A stretch of 64,000 nucleotides of DNA from Phycisphaeraceae bacterium. GTDB lineage: Bacteria; Planctomycetota; Phycisphaerae; Phycisphaerales; Phycisphaeraceae. Below, piece after piece: positions 27,409-38,970 of this stretch. Both the position numbers and the translations under genes were made by a program. The stretch's first letter is position 1. Each line of letters begins with the position of its first letter. A model generated the notes under the pieces. The model was not told the DNA's origin, ran no database searches, and worked only from the letters and a program-made list of their open reading frames with translations. The stretch covers positions 4,896,001 to 4,960,000 of the forward strand of contig OY771506.1 in the NCBI GenBank assembly GCA_963674705.1, in the 5' to 3' direction.

Positions 27409-27792
27409 TTACTTCATCCCTTTGACGGACTTCTTGCCGGCGACGGTGCGCTTGCGGCCCTTACGGGTGCGGGCGTTGGTCTGTGTGCGTTGGCCACGCA
27501 CAGGCAGGCCGCGGCGGTGGCGGTCGCCGCGGTAGGAGCGGATGTCACGCAGACGCGTGATGTTCTGCGAGATCTGACGACGCAGGGCGCCTTCGACGAC
27601 CAGGCTGTTCTCGATGATGCCACCGATCTGGGCCAGTTGGTCTTCGGTCAGGGTGTTGGCGCGGGTCTGGCCGTCGATGCCGGCTTCCTTGACGATATCT
27701 TCGGCGATCTTCGGGCCGATGCCGTAGATGTAGCGCAGTGCAATCCGGATCGGTTTGTTGTCCGGGATGTCGACACCTGATAAACGGGGCAT
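27409..27792 (-). CDS. rpsM: 30S ribosomal protein S13
   Basis: IYGIG, RHRRGLPVRGQRTQTNARTRKG. Confidence 0.98.
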   Translation of the reverse strand: MPRLSGVDIPDNKPIRIALRYIYGIGPKIAEDIVKEAGIDGQTRANTLTEDQLAQIGGIIENSLVVEGALRRQISQNITRLRDIRSYRGDRHRRGLPVRGQRTQTNARTRKGRKRTVAGKKSVKGMK

Positions 27793-27818
27793 GTTTCGTT
27801 TCCTTATTACTCAATAAA

Positions 27819-27843
27819 CACCGAGCAAGCTCGGTGGCTAAAC
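27819..27843 (-). repeat. Family C REP, rpmJ-rpsM spacer
   Basis: caccgagcaagctcggtggctaaac. Confidence 0.85.
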
Positions 27844-27856
27844 GGGCGTAGGGATA

Positions 27857-27970
27857 TCAGCCCTGCCGTTGCTTGTGCTTGGGGTTGGTGCAGATCACGC
27901 GGACGACGCCTTTGCGACGGATGACCTTGCAGTTTTCACAGATACGTTTGACGCTTGAGCGTACTTTCAT
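27857..27970 (-). CDS. rpmJ: 50S ribosomal protein L36 (zinc-binding form; absent from the ORF track)
   Basis: Manual translation [44 protein letters not shown]. Confidence 0.97.
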   Translation of the reverse strand: MKVRSSVKRICENCKVIRRKGVVRVICTNPKHKQRQG

Positions 27971-27993
27971 GGTATTGCCTCCAGTCCGTGCAA

Positions 27994-28209
27994 TCAGTGG
28001 CGGTAGGTGATTCGGCCCTTGGTCAGGTCGTAGGGGCTCAGCTCGACAGTCACGCGGTCCCCGGGGAGGATGCGGATGTAAAACTTACGCATCTTCCCGG
28101 AGATGTGGGCGATCATTTCATGATCGTTCTCGAGCTTGACCCTGAACATGGCGTTGGGCAACGCATCGATCACTTCACCCTCGAACTGTAGTTTGTCTTC
28201 CTTGGCCAC
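27994..28209 (-). CDS. infA: Translation initiation factor IF-1
   Basis: [30 protein letters not shown]. Confidence 0.98.
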   Translation of the reverse strand: MAKEDKLQFEGEVIDALPNAMFRVKLENDHEMIAHISGKMRKFYIRILPGDRVTVELSPYDLTKGRITYRH

Positions 28210-28253
28210 GAATCCTCTAGTTTCTTTCGAGTTTCCTTATTCACGTTCCAACG

Positions 28254-29033
28254 TTAACGGCCGTCGGTCAGCACGTCGGCGCCATCCTTGACGACGGCGA
28301 CGGTGTGCTCGTAATGAGCCGAGGGCTTGCGGTCCACGGTGACGACGGTCCAGCCGTCCCGCAGCACGCGCACTTCGTGTGAGCCGAGGTTGCACATGGG
28401 CTCGATGGCCAGCACGATGCCTTCCCTAAGCTCGATGTCGTTCCGGAGCAGTTCACGGTTGACGAAGTTGGGCACCTTCGGCGCCTCATGCATCTTCGAA
28501 CCGATCCCATGTCCGACGAAGTCCCTGACAACCCCCATGCCCTGGGACTCCGCATAATTCTGCATCAGCCGGGCGATCTGGCTCCACGTCCTGCCGGGTC
28601 TGACGTTTTCGATGGCGATCTGGAGCACGTGCTCGGTAACCTCGCAGAGCTTGCGGGTTTCCGGTTTCACGTCGCCGACCAGGATCGTCGTCGCTGCGTC
28701 TCCGCACCAGCCGTCAACCTCGACCCCACAATCGACGCTGACGATGTCGCCGTCCTTGATAACCCTGTCTCCCGCGATCCCGTGAACGACTTCCTCGTTC
28801 ACGCTGATGCACAGGTTCGACGGGAAAGGTGTCGGTCCGGGGTAGCCCTTGAAGAGCCCCTTGCCGCCGGCCTCGGTGAAGACACGGTAACCTTCCTCAT
28901 CGATTTCACGGGTCGTAATGCCCGGCTTACAAATCTCTCGGCATCGCTGGTGGACCTGTTGGACGATCCGTCCGGCGATACGCATTTTTTCTATTTCTTC
29001 AGGCGTTTTCCTGATGATTCGTTCTTTGGTCAC
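28254..29033 (-). CDS. map: Type I methionine aminopeptidase
   Basis: CISVNEEVVHG, DCG..DGWCGDAA, GHGIG, AIEPM, SAHYEHT. Confidence 0.96.
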   Translation of the reverse strand: MTKERIIRKTPEEIEKMRIAGRIVQQVHQRCREICKPGITTREIDEEGYRVFTEAGGKGLFKGYPGPTPFPSNLCISVNEEVVHGIAGDRVIKDGDIVSVDCGVEVDGWCGDAATTILVGDVKPETRKLCEVTEHVLQIAIENVRPGRTWSQIARLMQNYAESQGMGVVRDFVGHGIGSKMHEAPKVPNFVNRELLRNDIELREGIVLAIEPMCNLGSHEVRVLRDGWTVVTVDRKPSAHYEHTVAVVKDGADVLTDGR

Positions 29034-29145
29034 GGCCGCTACAACCCGTCTGGATCAGGGTTTTCCTTGTCACTTTACGGGCCACAGCAAGTCGAAAATC
29101 ATATCACGGCTCACCCGACCTGACAAATCACTAAAATCACAGGGC

Positions 29146-30558
<1,413 letters not shown>

Positions 30559-30560
30559 TT

Positions 30561-30618
30561 GAGCCTTTAGCCTTTAGCTATTAGCCGTTAGCTGGAAGTC
30601 GCTGACGGCTGCTGATGC
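30561..30618. repeat. 7-mer tandem (NNTTAGC)n with a short inverted arm, rplO-secY spacer
   Basis: gcctttagcctttagctattagccgttagc ... gctgacggctgctgatgc. Confidence 0.6.
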
Positions 30619-30635
30619 ATCGTTCGGATTCCTGC

Positions 30636-31088
30636 TCAGGCGACGTTCACGGAGCCGCCGGCCTGGGTGATCTTTTCCTGAGCGCTCTTGGAGAAGCATG
30701 CGGCAGTGACGGCGAGTTTCTTGCTGGTTTCGCCTTGGCCGAGGATCTTGACCGGCATCTTGTCGTCGCGGATCAGGCCGACCTTCACGAGCATCTGGGC
30801 GTTGACCTCGGCGCCGTCGTCGAATCGTGCGTCAAGCGCGGCGATATTGACGATGGCGAACTGCTTGCGGAACAGCACGTTGGAGAAGCCACGCTTGGCG
30901 ACCCGGCGGAACAGCGGGGTCTGGCCGCCTTCACGGCTGGCGCGGATCGAGCCGGTCGCACCCGAGCGGGAACCGGCGCCCTTGTGGCCTCGGCCGCAGG
31001 TCTTGCCGTGGCCCGAACCGACACCGCGTCCGACACGCTTACGCTTCTTATACTTGCCCACCTTTTCGGTGACATCATGAATCATCAT
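30636..31088 (-). CDS. rplO: 50S ribosomal protein L15
   Basis: RVGRGVGSGHGKTCGRGHKG, EGGQTPL. Confidence 0.97.
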   Translation of the reverse strand: MMIHDVTEKVGKYKKRKRVGRGVGSGHGKTCGRGHKGAGSRSGATGSIRASREGGQTPLFRRVAKRGFSNVLFRKQFAIVNIAALDARFDDGAEVNAQMLVKVGLIRDDKMPVKILGQGETSKKLAVTAACFSKSAQEKITQAGGSVNVA

Positions 31089-31138
31089 GGCTCAGACACT
31101 CCTCATCGCACGGCGTAGTCACGCCGGGGTGTCGCTGG

Positions 31139-31990
31139 TTAGTCTTTGTTTTCCGCTTCCTGATTGTCGTCGGTCGCGGGGGTTTCTTGCGGTTGTTCTG
31201 CGGGAGTTTCGGCTTTTGCTTCTTCGGCCGGTGCATCCGCGGGGGTTTCGGCTTGCTCAGCAGGCTTTGCTTCCTGCTTGGGCTTGGGTTTGCTGCTGGT
31301 GGTGACGGTGGCTTTGACGCCCTTGCCGCCGGGCACGCTGTCACGCTGCTGGCGTCCGCCGCCTCGGCGACCACGACCGCCCCTCTTGCCGCCTTCTTCC
31401 TCTTCGCTCTTTTCGGGTTGAGCTTCGGGTTGAACCGGGGCGGCGGTGCTGGTCGTGGTGGTGTAACGCTTACCGAGTGCGATCTTTTCTTCGACTTCGG
31501 TGGATTCGATTTCGATACCGCGGTGGCTGGCGACCTGCTCCTTGGTGCGGAGGCGGGTCAGGCCGTTGAGCACGGCCTTGCACAGGTTCTTCTTGTTGGT
31601 CGAACCGTAGGCCTTGGTCAGGCAGTCCTGGACACCGGCCATTTCCAGCACGGCGCGGGCGGTGCCGCCGGCGATAACACCGGTACCGGGCGCGGCCGGG
31701 AGGATGCGGATCTTGGACGCACCGAACTGTCCCTCGATCGGGTGCGGCAGCGTGCCGTCCTTCATCTCGATGTGGACCAGTTGCTTGCGGGCGTTCTTCT
31801 GGGCCTTTTCGATCGCGGCGGGGACACCGGTTCCCTTGCCGTAACCGAGGCCGACGTTTCCGTTGCGGTCGCCGACGACGACGAGCGCAGCGAAGCTGAA
31901 GCGTCGACCGCCCTTGACGACCGTCGCGGTGCGGAAGATGCCGACCGTGGTCGATTCCAATGCCTGTGTGTCTTCGAGTAGTTCGGGCAT
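31139..31990 (-). CDS. rpsE: 30S ribosomal protein S5 with a long low-complexity C-terminal extension
   Basis: VVKGGRRFSF, PAAPGTGVIAGG; about 120-aa extension. Confidence 0.96.
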   Translation of the reverse strand: MPELLEDTQALESTTVGIFRTATVVKGGRRFSFAALVVVGDRNGNVGLGYGKGTGVPAAIEKAQKNARKQLVHIEMKDGTLPHPIEGQFGASKIRILPAAPGTGVIAGGTARAVLEMAGVQDCLTKAYGSTNKKNLCKAVLNGLTRLRTKEQVASHRGIEIESTEVEEKIALGKRYTTTTSTAAPVQPEAQPEKSEEEEGGKRGGRGRRGGGRQQRDSVPGGKGVKATVTTSSKPKPKQEAKPAEQAETPADAPAEEAKAETPAEQPQETPATDDNQEAENKD

Positions 31991-32041
31991 GTTATTCCTC
32001 TAAGGCGAGCGTGTTAGACCGCACCGAGACGGTGCGGCTCG

Positions 32042-32392
32042 CTAAAGCTTCAGGCCTCCCTCGCGGGCGGCGTCGGCCAGGGCCTTGACCCGGCCGTGAT
32101 AACGGAAACCGTTGCGGTCGAAAGCGACCTGCGTGATACCGGCACCCTTGGCTTGCTCGGCGATCAGCTTGCCGACTTCCTTGGCGGCCTCGACGTTGCC
32201 GCCCTTTTCAGCCTTGATGGAGCTGGCGGAGGCGAGCGTCTTGCCGTCCAGATCGTCGATGATCTGGGCGTAGATGTTGTTGAGGCTGCGGAAGACGGTA
32301 AGGCGCGGGCGTTCGGGGGTACCCGAGATACGCTTGCGGATGCCGGTCTTGCGGCGGGATCGACGTTTTGTCTTGAGTTTGTTGCTGTCCAT
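32042..32392 (-). CDS. rplR: 50S ribosomal protein L18
   Basis: [30 protein letters not shown]. Confidence 0.97.
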   Translation of the reverse strand: MDSNKLKTKRRSRRKTGIRKRISGTPERPRLTVFRSLNNIYAQIIDDLDGKTLASASSIKAEKGGNVEAAKEVGKLIAEQAKGAGITQVAFDRNGFRYHGRVKALADAAREGGLKL

Positions 32393-32449
32393 CGTTGTAT
32401 TTCCCGAAGCCTGTGACAAACACGGCGGGGTGTGGTGTTAGGTTCTGAT

Positions 32450-32989
32450 TTATCCGCCGCCGGCGAAGGCCTTGCCCTGCTTGCGGATGATGTGCTCGTC
32501 GGAGTACTTGATGCCACGGCCGTTGTAGGGCTCGGGCTTGCGGTGCGAACGGATTTCCGCGGCGACCTGGCCGACGAGCTGTTTGTCGCAGCCGGATATC
32601 TTGATCTTGTTGCCCTGGATATCGACGGTGATCCCGGCGGGCACCTTGACGACGCGGGTGTCGGCGTAGCCGACGTTGAGGTTGACCTGCATGCCCTGGA
32701 GCTTGGCGGTCCAACCGACGCCGGTGATTTCCAGGTTCTTTTCAAAGCCCTTGGTGACGCCCTGGATCATGTTGGCAATCAGTGAGCGTGTCAGGCCGTG
32801 CATCGCCTTAGCGGCGCGCGAATCGCTTTTGCGTTCGACGACGACGTTGTCGTCCTCGACCTTGACGGTCACCTCGGGTCGGTGGGTCATGGACAGCTTG
32901 TTGCTGCCGGCCTCGACCGTGACCTTTTCGCCACTGACCGACACCTTGGTGCCGGCGAGGGGGATGGGTTGTTTACCGATACGGGACAT
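32450..32989 (-). CDS. rplF: 50S ribosomal protein L6
   Basis: MSRIGKQPI, RKPEPYNGRGIKY. Confidence 0.97.
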   Translation of the reverse strand: MSRIGKQPIPLAGTKVSVSGEKVTVEAGSNKLSMTHRPEVTVKVEDDNVVVERKSDSRAAKAMHGLTRSLIANMIQGVTKGFEKNLEITGVGWTAKLQGMQVNLNVGYADTRVVKVPAGITVDIQGNKIKISGCDKQLVGQVAAEIRSHRKPEPYNGRGIKYSDEHIIRKQGKAFAGGG

Positions 32990-33008
32990 TGCTGAAACCT
33001 TTTCTTAT

Positions 33009-33033
33009 GGGCGAGCAAGCTCGCCCGCTAAAC
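33009..33033 (-). repeat. Family C REP, rpsH-rplF spacer
   Basis: gggcgagcaagctcgcccgctaaac. Confidence 0.85.
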
Positions 33034-33041
33034 GGGTTTGG

Positions 33042-33440
33042 TTATTCAACGGTGCAGAGCAATTCGCCGCCGACGTGGTTCTGTCGGGCTTTACGGTCGG
33101 ACATCACACCGCCGGAGGTACTGACGATGGCGATACCGAGGCCGCCGAGGGGCCGGGGCAGGTTGTCGGCCTTGGTGTAGACGCGGCAACCGGGCTTGGA
33201 CTCACGGCGGAGGGTATGAATAAGCTGCTCGCCGTTGGGTCCGTAGCGAAGGTCGACGCGTAGGATGCCTTGACGGCCGTCGTCAATGACGGCGAAGTCC
33301 TGGACGTAGCCTTCATCCTTGAGGACCTGAGCGATGCCGGCGCAGATCTTGCTGTTACGGCAATCAACGCGCTTGGCCTTTTTCAGGGCCGCGTTTCTTA
33401 TGCGGGTGAGCATATCGGCGATGGGGTCTGATAGAGCCAT
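33042..33440 (-). CDS. rpsH: 30S ribosomal protein S8
   Basis: DPIADMLTRIRNA, SKPGCRVY, GGELLC. Confidence 0.97.
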   Translation of the reverse strand: MALSDPIADMLTRIRNAALKKAKRVDCRNSKICAGIAQVLKDEGYVQDFAVIDDGRQGILRVDLRYGPNGEQLIHTLRRESKPGCRVYTKADNLPRPLGGLGIAIVSTSGGVMSDRKARQNHVGGELLCTVE

Positions 33441-33504
33441 TATCTGGGAGCCCTTACGTGTGTTGCTTTCTTAAAGTTCCGTGTTCTTTAATTCGTATGC
33501 GGTT

Positions 33505-33774
33505 TTACCAGGACGATTTACGCATGCCCGGGACCTTGCCTTCCAGCGCCAGCTCGCGGAGCTTGATACGGGAGATCCCGAACTTGCGGTAGACGCTACG
33601 GGTCCGGCCGGTCAGGGCACAGTGGTTACGGTAGCGGGTGGGGCTGGCGTTGCGCGGCAGGCGTTGCAAGGCGGCGTAGTCGCCCTCTTCCTTGAGCTTG
33701 CGACGCAGTTCGGCGTACTTGTCGATCGTCTTCTTGACTTTCGCCATTCGGATGCTGGTGGACTTTGATGCCAT
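33505..33774 (-). CDS. rpsN: 30S ribosomal protein S14, 89-aa zinc-independent (C-) form
   Basis: [34 protein letters not shown]; only one Cys. Confidence 0.96.
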   Translation of the reverse strand: MASKSTSIRMAKVKKTIDKYAELRRKLKEEGDYAALQRLPRNASPTRYRNHCALTGRTRSVYRKFGISRIKLRELALEGKVPGMRKSSW

Positions 33775-33803
33775 GGTTATGTTCTCTTGCCTGCCTTGAG
33801 TGC

Positions 33804-34370
33804 TTAGTTACGGTCCTCGGGTTTCACGAAGGGGAAGCCCATTTCCGCAAGTGCGGCACGTGTGATTTCGTCGGTGCTGTTCTTGAAGACGAGGTTAATG
33901 TTCATGCCGTGGGTGAACTGGGCGTTGGTCATGTCCACTTCCGGGAAGATACCTTGCTCGTTGATACCGAAGGCGTAGTTGCCCCGGCCGTCCATCTTGT
34001 CGCGCAGGCCGCGGAAGTCCTTGATGCGTGGGATGGCGACGGTGATGAGCCGGTCGAGGAATTCCCACATGCGTTCGCGACGGAGGGTGACCATCGCGCC
34101 GACTTCGTAGCCTTCACGCAGCTTGAAGTTGGCGACGCTCTTCTTGGCCTTCTTGACGATCGGCTTCTGGCCGGAGATCAGGGTCAGATCGGAGATGACC
34201 TGCTCGCGGGCCTTGGGATTGAGCTTCGTGCCTTCGAGTTGCTTACCCATGCCGACGTTCAGGACGATCTTGTCGAGTGTGGGCATGGCCATGGGATTCT
34301 TGATCCCGAACTGCTCTTTGAGCTTCGAGGCGACCTGCTCTTCGTATTGTTTCTTTAACCGGGGGGTCAT
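33804..34370 (-). CDS. rplE: 50S ribosomal protein L5
   Basis: [25 protein letters not shown]. Confidence 0.97.
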   Translation of the reverse strand: MTPRLKKQYEEQVASKLKEQFGIKNPMAMPTLDKIVLNVGMGKQLEGTKLNPKAREQVISDLTLISGQKPIVKKAKKSVANFKLREGYEVGAMVTLRRERMWEFLDRLITVAIPRIKDFRGLRDKMDGRGNYAFGINEQGIFPEVDMTNAQFTHGMNINLVFKNSTDEITRAALAEMGFPFVKPEDRN

Positions 34371-34437
34371 GTTTTAAGCCCTTAGCTTAATTGTGCCGGC
34401 GGCTTAAGCCGCCTCAGCCGATGCTTTTGCTGGTGTG

Positions 34438-34773
34438 TTATTTTTTAGCCTTTTTGAGTTCGGGGCCGAGTTGTTCGCCGTTGCGGGCGGCAACGCGGAT
34501 CTTCGAGCCGTTGTCCTTGGTGACGAAGCGGACGCGGGTCGGCTTGCCGTCGGCGACGGGTGAAACGTTGGAGATGTGGATGGGCATCTCTTTATGGATC
34601 ACGCCGCCCTGGGGGTTGGCCTGACTCGGCTTCATGTGCCGTGTCTTAACGTTGACGCCTTCGACGACGACCTTCTCATCATCCGTCAGGACGCGAAGGA
34701 TCTTGCCCTGCCGGCCCTTGCTTGAGCCGGCGGTGACGATGACGGTGTCGCCTTTTCTTACGTGTCGTGCCAT
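34438..34773 (-). CDS. rplX: 50S ribosomal protein L24
   Basis: KGDTVIV.AG..KG, VVEGVN, EMPIHISNV. Confidence 0.96.
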   Translation of the reverse strand: MARHVRKGDTVIVTAGSSKGRQGKILRVLTDDEKVVVEGVNVKTRHMKPSQANPQGGVIHKEMPIHISNVSPVADGKPTRVRFVTKDNGSKIRVAARNGEQLGPELKKAKK

Positions 34774-34831
34774 GGTTCTGTTACCTTTGTTCCGCCCGCT
34801 GAAGCGGGCTCGCCTTTCACCTCGTTGAGTC

Positions 34832-35218
34832 TTAAACAACCTCGGAAGCGAGGGAGACGATCTTCATGTAATTCTGTTCGCGCAGCTCACGGGCGACGGC
34901 GCCGAAGATGCGAGTACCCTTGGGGTTGCCATCGTCGTCGATCAAGACGACGGCGCTGCGGTCGAAGCGGACATAGCTGCCGTCCTTACGGCGGACGGGC
35001 TGGCGGGTTCGGACGACGACGGCCTTGACGATCGTGCCGGCCTTCAAATCGCTGCCGGGCAACGACTTCTTGACGGAGCAGACGACCTTGTCGCCAACCG
35101 TGGCGGTCTTGCGTTTGAACTTGCCGCGTCCGGTGGAGCCACCGAGGACCCTGATCACGTATGCGATCTTGGCGCCGGTGTTATCCGCAACGTCGACTCT
35201 TGATTCTGCCTGGAGCAT
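34832..35218 (-). CDS. rplN: 50S ribosomal protein L14
   Basis: [30 protein letters not shown]. Confidence 0.97.
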   Translation of the reverse strand: MLQAESRVDVADNTGAKIAYVIRVLGGSTGRGKFKRKTATVGDKVVCSVKKSLPGSDLKAGTIVKAVVVRTRQPVRRKDGSYVRFDRSAVVLIDDDGNPKGTRIFGAVARELREQNYMKIVSLASEVV

Positions 35219-35263
35219 GACTCTTTTCCTTCAATAGCCCGTAAGGGCAAGCCTGATATTCAC

Positions 35264-35569
35264 TCAGGCGTTGGCTTCCTCGGAGTGTTCAAGCGGCGCA
35301 AGGGCCTTTTCAACGATCTTGACCAGGCGCCAGCTCTTGGTCTTACTAATGGGCCGGCAACTGGCGATCTCAACGCGGTCGCCCTGCTTGCCCTGGTTTT
35401 CCGGATCGTGCACGTGGAACTTGGCCTGGCGGTGCAGGTACTTGCCGTACTTGCGGTGCTTCTGCTGGTATTCCACGGCGACGGTGAGGGTCTTGTCGCG
35501 TTTGTCGCTGACGACGACGCCGATCTTCGTGCCGGTCAGTTGACGTTTCTTGGTGGCATGTTCGGTCAC
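35264..35569 (-). CDS. rpsQ: 30S ribosomal protein S17
   Basis: [23 protein letters not shown]. Confidence 0.97.
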   Translation of the reverse strand: MTEHATKKRQLTGTKIGVVVSDKRDKTLTVAVEYQQKHRKYGKYLHRQAKFHVHDPENQGKQGDRVEIASCRPISKTKSWRLVKIVEKALAPLEHSEEANA

Positions 35570-35769
35570 TTGGTGGCCTCCCGCAGTTGTCGGGCACGCT
35601 GTTCGGTAAGCAGCCGGGCGATGTCACGCCGGATGTTCCCGAGCTGCTTGGGGTTCTCGAGCTTTTCGGTGACGCTTTGGGTCCGCAGTTCGTAGTGCTG
35701 CTTGCGGAGCCGGGCGACTTCCACCTTCAACTCTTCGTCTTTGTATTTGTGTGTTTCACTGGCTTTCAT
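35566..35769 (-). CDS. rpmC: 50S ribosomal protein L29
   Basis: [15 protein letters not shown]; position between rplP and rpsQ. Confidence 0.93.
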   Translation of the reverse strand: MKASETHKYKDEELKVEVARLRKQHYELRTQSVTEKLENPKQLGNIRRDIARLLTEQRARQLREATK

Positions 35770-35804
35770 GCTTATTCTCACTGCCGGCAAAAGGCCGGAT
35801 TGGA

Positions 35805-36221
35805 TCAGGCGTGACGTCTCTCCACGAAGCGGCACTTGAACGGCATCTTGTGGGACACGCGGCTGAAGGCCTGACGGGCGACGTCCTTGGGCACGCCGAC
35901 GAGTTCGTAAATAACCGTGCCGGGCTTGACGCGGGCGACCCAGTACTCGGGCTCGGCCTTACCCTTACCCATACGGGTTTCAAGCGGCTTCTTGCTGATC
36001 GGCTTGTCCGGGAAGACGCGGACGAACAGCCTGCCTTCGCGGCTGACGTACTGACGGGCGGCGATACGGCCGGCTTCGATCTGCCGGGCTGTCAGCCAGC
36101 CGCCTTCCAGCAGTTGCAACCCGTATTCGCCGAAGGCGACGTAGTTGCCACGCTGTGCGTTGCCGCGCACCTTGCCCCGCTGTTGCTTGCGGAACTTGAC
36201 TCGTTTTGGCATCAGAGGCAT
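35805..36221 (-). CDS. rplP: 50S ribosomal protein L16
   Basis: [18 protein letters not shown]. Confidence 0.98.
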   Translation of the reverse strand: MPLMPKRVKFRKQQRGKVRGNAQRGNYVAFGEYGLQLLEGGWLTARQIEAGRIAARQYVSREGRLFVRVFPDKPISKKPLETRMGKGKAEPEYWVARVKPGTVIYELVGVPKDVARQAFSRVSHKMPFKCRFVERRHA

Positions 36222-36295
36222 CGGTCTAATCTCCTACGATCCGCCTTTTCTGGGCGGGTTACCGCGGTGTGGACACCGCGGCTCGCTATTTCTTA

Positions 36296-37000
36296 TTAAT
36301 GGCGTCCACGTGCACGCGGGCGGGCGCCGGCGGCCTTGGATTCGATTTCACCTTCGGCGACCTCGGTGTAGAGGCCGTGGTAGATCCAGACCTTCACGCC
36401 GATGATCCCGTAGGTCGTGCGGCTCTCGGTCAGGGCGTAGTCGATGTTCGCCTGCAGGGTCGCCAGCGGGATGGCCCCGAGGCGGATGTCTTCGGTCCGG
36501 CTCATTTCATGACCACCCAGACGCCCCGAGAGCATGATCTTCACACCCTTGGCGCCGGCGGCCATGGCGGCCTCGGCCTTCATCTTCATCACGCGGCGGA
36601 AACCGGCACGCTTCTGAAGCTGTTCGGCGATGGACTCGCCCACGAGCTTGGCGTCCAGGTCGGCGTTGTGCACCTCGATGCAGTTGATCGAGACGTTACG
36701 GCCGGTCAGACGTTGAAGCTCAGCGGTCAGTGCGTCGATCTCGGCGCCCTTGGGGCCGATGACCAGACCCGGGCGGGCGGTCTTGACGATGATCTTGAGT
36801 TCTTCACGGGTCCGCTCGATGTGGATATCGCTGACCGCGGCGTAGGGGGCCTTGCGGTTGAAACGACGATCGCAGAATTCGCGGATCTTCTGGTCCTCGA
36901 CAAGCAGCTCGCCGTACAACGCCTTTGGCGCGTACCAGCGGCTCTTGTGGGCCTCGGTGATCCCGACGCGGTACCCGAATGGATGAACTTTCTGTCCCAT
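36296..37000 (-). CDS. rpsC: 30S ribosomal protein S3
   Basis: MGQKVHPFGYR, RPGLVIG, SGRLGG, YGIIGVKVWI. Confidence 0.98.
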   Translation of the reverse strand: MGQKVHPFGYRVGITEAHKSRWYAPKALYGELLVEDQKIREFCDRRFNRKAPYAAVSDIHIERTREELKIIVKTARPGLVIGPKGAEIDALTAELQRLTGRNVSINCIEVHNADLDAKLVGESIAEQLQKRAGFRRVMKMKAEAAMAAGAKGVKIMLSGRLGGHEMSRTEDIRLGAIPLATLQANIDYALTESRTTYGIIGVKVWIYHGLYTEVAEGEIESKAAGARPRARGRH

Positions 37001-37065
37001 GTTTACTCTCGGTTGCGGGCCCTATCAGCCCGTGAGGATGACTCGTTTACTGAGTCGCGGTCCAA

Positions 37066-37413
37066 TTACCTCTTCCTGTCGTCCACGGTGACGGTGATGT
37101 GGCTGGTGCGCTTGAGAATCGGGTGAGCGCGGCCACGATCTTTGGGTTGAAAACGTTTCATGGTCGGTCCGCCGTCAACGCGGGCTTCGGTGACGATCAT
37201 CGCCAGTACCTCGCGGTCGGACAGTCCGTCGACCTGTTGAGCGTTTGAGCGTGCGGCCTGGAGGCAGTTCTTCAGGAGCACGGCGGCGCGCTTCTTCGAG
37301 AGCGTGAGGATATTCATCGCGTCGAAGACGGACTTTCCGGCGATCATCTGCGCGACCGGGCGTGCCTTGGTCGGGCTGATGCGAGCGGCTCGATGAGTGT
37401 TTGTGTAGGGCAT
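37066..37413 (-). CDS. rplV: 50S ribosomal protein L22
   Basis: RISPTKAR, GPTMKRFQPKDRGRA..ILKRTSHITV. Confidence 0.96.
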   Translation of the reverse strand: MPYTNTHRAARISPTKARPVAQMIAGKSVFDAMNILTLSKKRAAVLLKNCLQAARSNAQQVDGLSDREVLAMIVTEARVDGGPTMKRFQPKDRGRAHPILKRTSHITVTVDDRKR

Positions 37414-37439
37414 GGTGCTTAGCCTTTAGCCATAAACCT

Positions 37440-37730
37440 TTACTTCACGCCGGCGGCGCGTTGCGCCTTGGTACCGGTGGTGTGTTGTTTGAACAGTCGG
37501 GTGATGCTGAACTCGCCGAGCTTATGCCCGACCATGTCTTCGGTGACGAAGACGGTATGGAACATCTTGCCGTTGTGGACCATGAAGGTATGGCCGACGA
37601 ACTCGGGCACGATGGTGCAGGCACGCGCCCAGGTCTTGATGGGCTCATGCTTGTTCATCTGGTTGAGCTTCTCGACCTTGCGGTAAAGCTTGAGGTCGAC
37701 GAAGGGGCCTTTTTTCAGCGATCTAGACAT
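37440..37730 (-). CDS. rpsS: 30S ribosomal protein S19
   Basis: [19 protein letters not shown]. Confidence 0.98.
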   Translation of the reverse strand: MSRSLKKGPFVDLKLYRKVEKLNQMNKHEPIKTWARACTIVPEFVGHTFMVHNGKMFHTVFVTEDMVGHKLGEFSITRLFKQHTTGTKAQRAAGVK

Positions 37731-37788
37731 ATCAGAGTTCCGTTATTTTGCGTGGATCGCTAAAGCGACCACGCCGGGGCTGTCCTTC

Positions 37789-38646
37789 TTACTTCAACTT
37801 AATCTGGCCGTAGCGCTTGGAGACGCGGCGGCGGATGATTCGCTTGTTTGATGCCTTGCCGGGCTTACGGGTGCGGCCGCCCTTAGCCGGGACGCCGGAG
37901 GGCGACTCGGGGGCGCGGTTACCCTTGGAACGACCGTCACCACCACCGAGCGGGTGGTCGTGGTGGTTCTTGGCAACACCACGGGTGTGCGGGCGCTTGC
38001 CCATGTGGCGGGCGCGGCCGGCTTTGCCGAGGACGACACGGTTGTGGTCGGTGTTGCCGACCTGGCCGATCGTGGCACGGCAGTCCAGTGAGACCTGACG
38101 GATTTCGCCGGAGGGGAAGACCAGGGTCGCCCACTGGCCTTCTTTATTGGTGAGCCTGGCGTATGCACCGGCGGAACGGCAGAGCTGGCCACCGCGGCCG
38201 GGAACCAGTTCGATGTTGTGCACGTTCAAACCGGCGGGGATCGCACGCAGCGGCATGTTGTTGCCCGGGCGGGGTTCGGCACGCTCGGAGCCGGCGATGA
38301 CGGCGTTGCCATCAGTCAGCTTCAACGGAGCGATGATGTACCGCTTCTCGCCGTCGGCGTATTCCAGCAGCGCGATGTTGCACGAACGGTTGGGGTCGTA
38401 CTCGATACCGACCACCTTGGCCTGCACGTCATACTTGTCGCGTTTGAAGTCGATCTTGCGGTAGCGCTGCTTGGCGCCGCCGCCGCGGCTCTGCACGGTG
38501 ATCTTGCCGTGGTGGTTGCGGCCGCCGTTCTTGGTCTTCTTGGCGAGCAACGACTTCTCGGGGCTTGTCTTGGTCACCTCGGAGTAGAGGTTGACCGAGG
38601 CGTTGCGCCGGCCGTTGGAGGTCTTTTTGTAGATTCGGATTGCCAT
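37789..38646 (-). CDS. rplB: 50S ribosomal protein L2
   Basis: IEYDPNRS, GKAGR, DHPLGGG. Confidence 0.98.
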   Translation of the reverse strand: MAIRIYKKTSNGRRNASVNLYSEVTKTSPEKSLLAKKTKNGGRNHHGKITVQSRGGGAKQRYRKIDFKRDKYDVQAKVVGIEYDPNRSCNIALLEYADGEKRYIIAPLKLTDGNAVIAGSERAEPRPGNNMPLRAIPAGLNVHNIELVPGRGGQLCRSAGAYARLTNKEGQWATLVFPSGEIRQVSLDCRATIGQVGNTDHNRVVLGKAGRARHMGKRPHTRGVAKNHHDHPLGGGDGRSKGNRAPESPSGVPAKGGRTRKPGKASNKRIIRRRVSKRYGQIKLK

Positions 38647-38691
38647 GATTCACATCCAATCAATTCCGACACAGGGTCGGTCTGTTTATCC

Positions 38692-38970
38692 TTAGAACAG
38701 TTCGATCCTGTCGTCGCCGACCAGCTGCACGGTGGCACGCTTCCAATCGGAAGTTTTGGCCGGGCCGAACCGCGTGCGGAAGTACTTGCCTTTGCGGATC
38801 TGCGTGCTGACGCGTTCAACCTTGACGCCGTAGATCTCTTCGATCGCGGCCTTGATCTGAGGCTTGCGGGCACGCATATCAACCTCGAAGCTGTAGCGGT
38901 TGCGGGATTCGGTTTCCCAGGCGCTCTTCTCGGTGATCAACGGCTTTTTGATAACGGTGGTAGCTTCCAT
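38692..38970 (-). CDS. rplW: 50S ribosomal protein L23
   Basis: PLITEKS, K.QIKAAIE, WKRATV. Confidence 0.96.
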   Translation of the reverse strand: MEATTVIKKPLITEKSAWETESRNRYSFEVDMRARKPQIKAAIEEIYGVKVERVSTQIRKGKYFRTRFGPAKTSDWKRATVQLVGDDRIELF

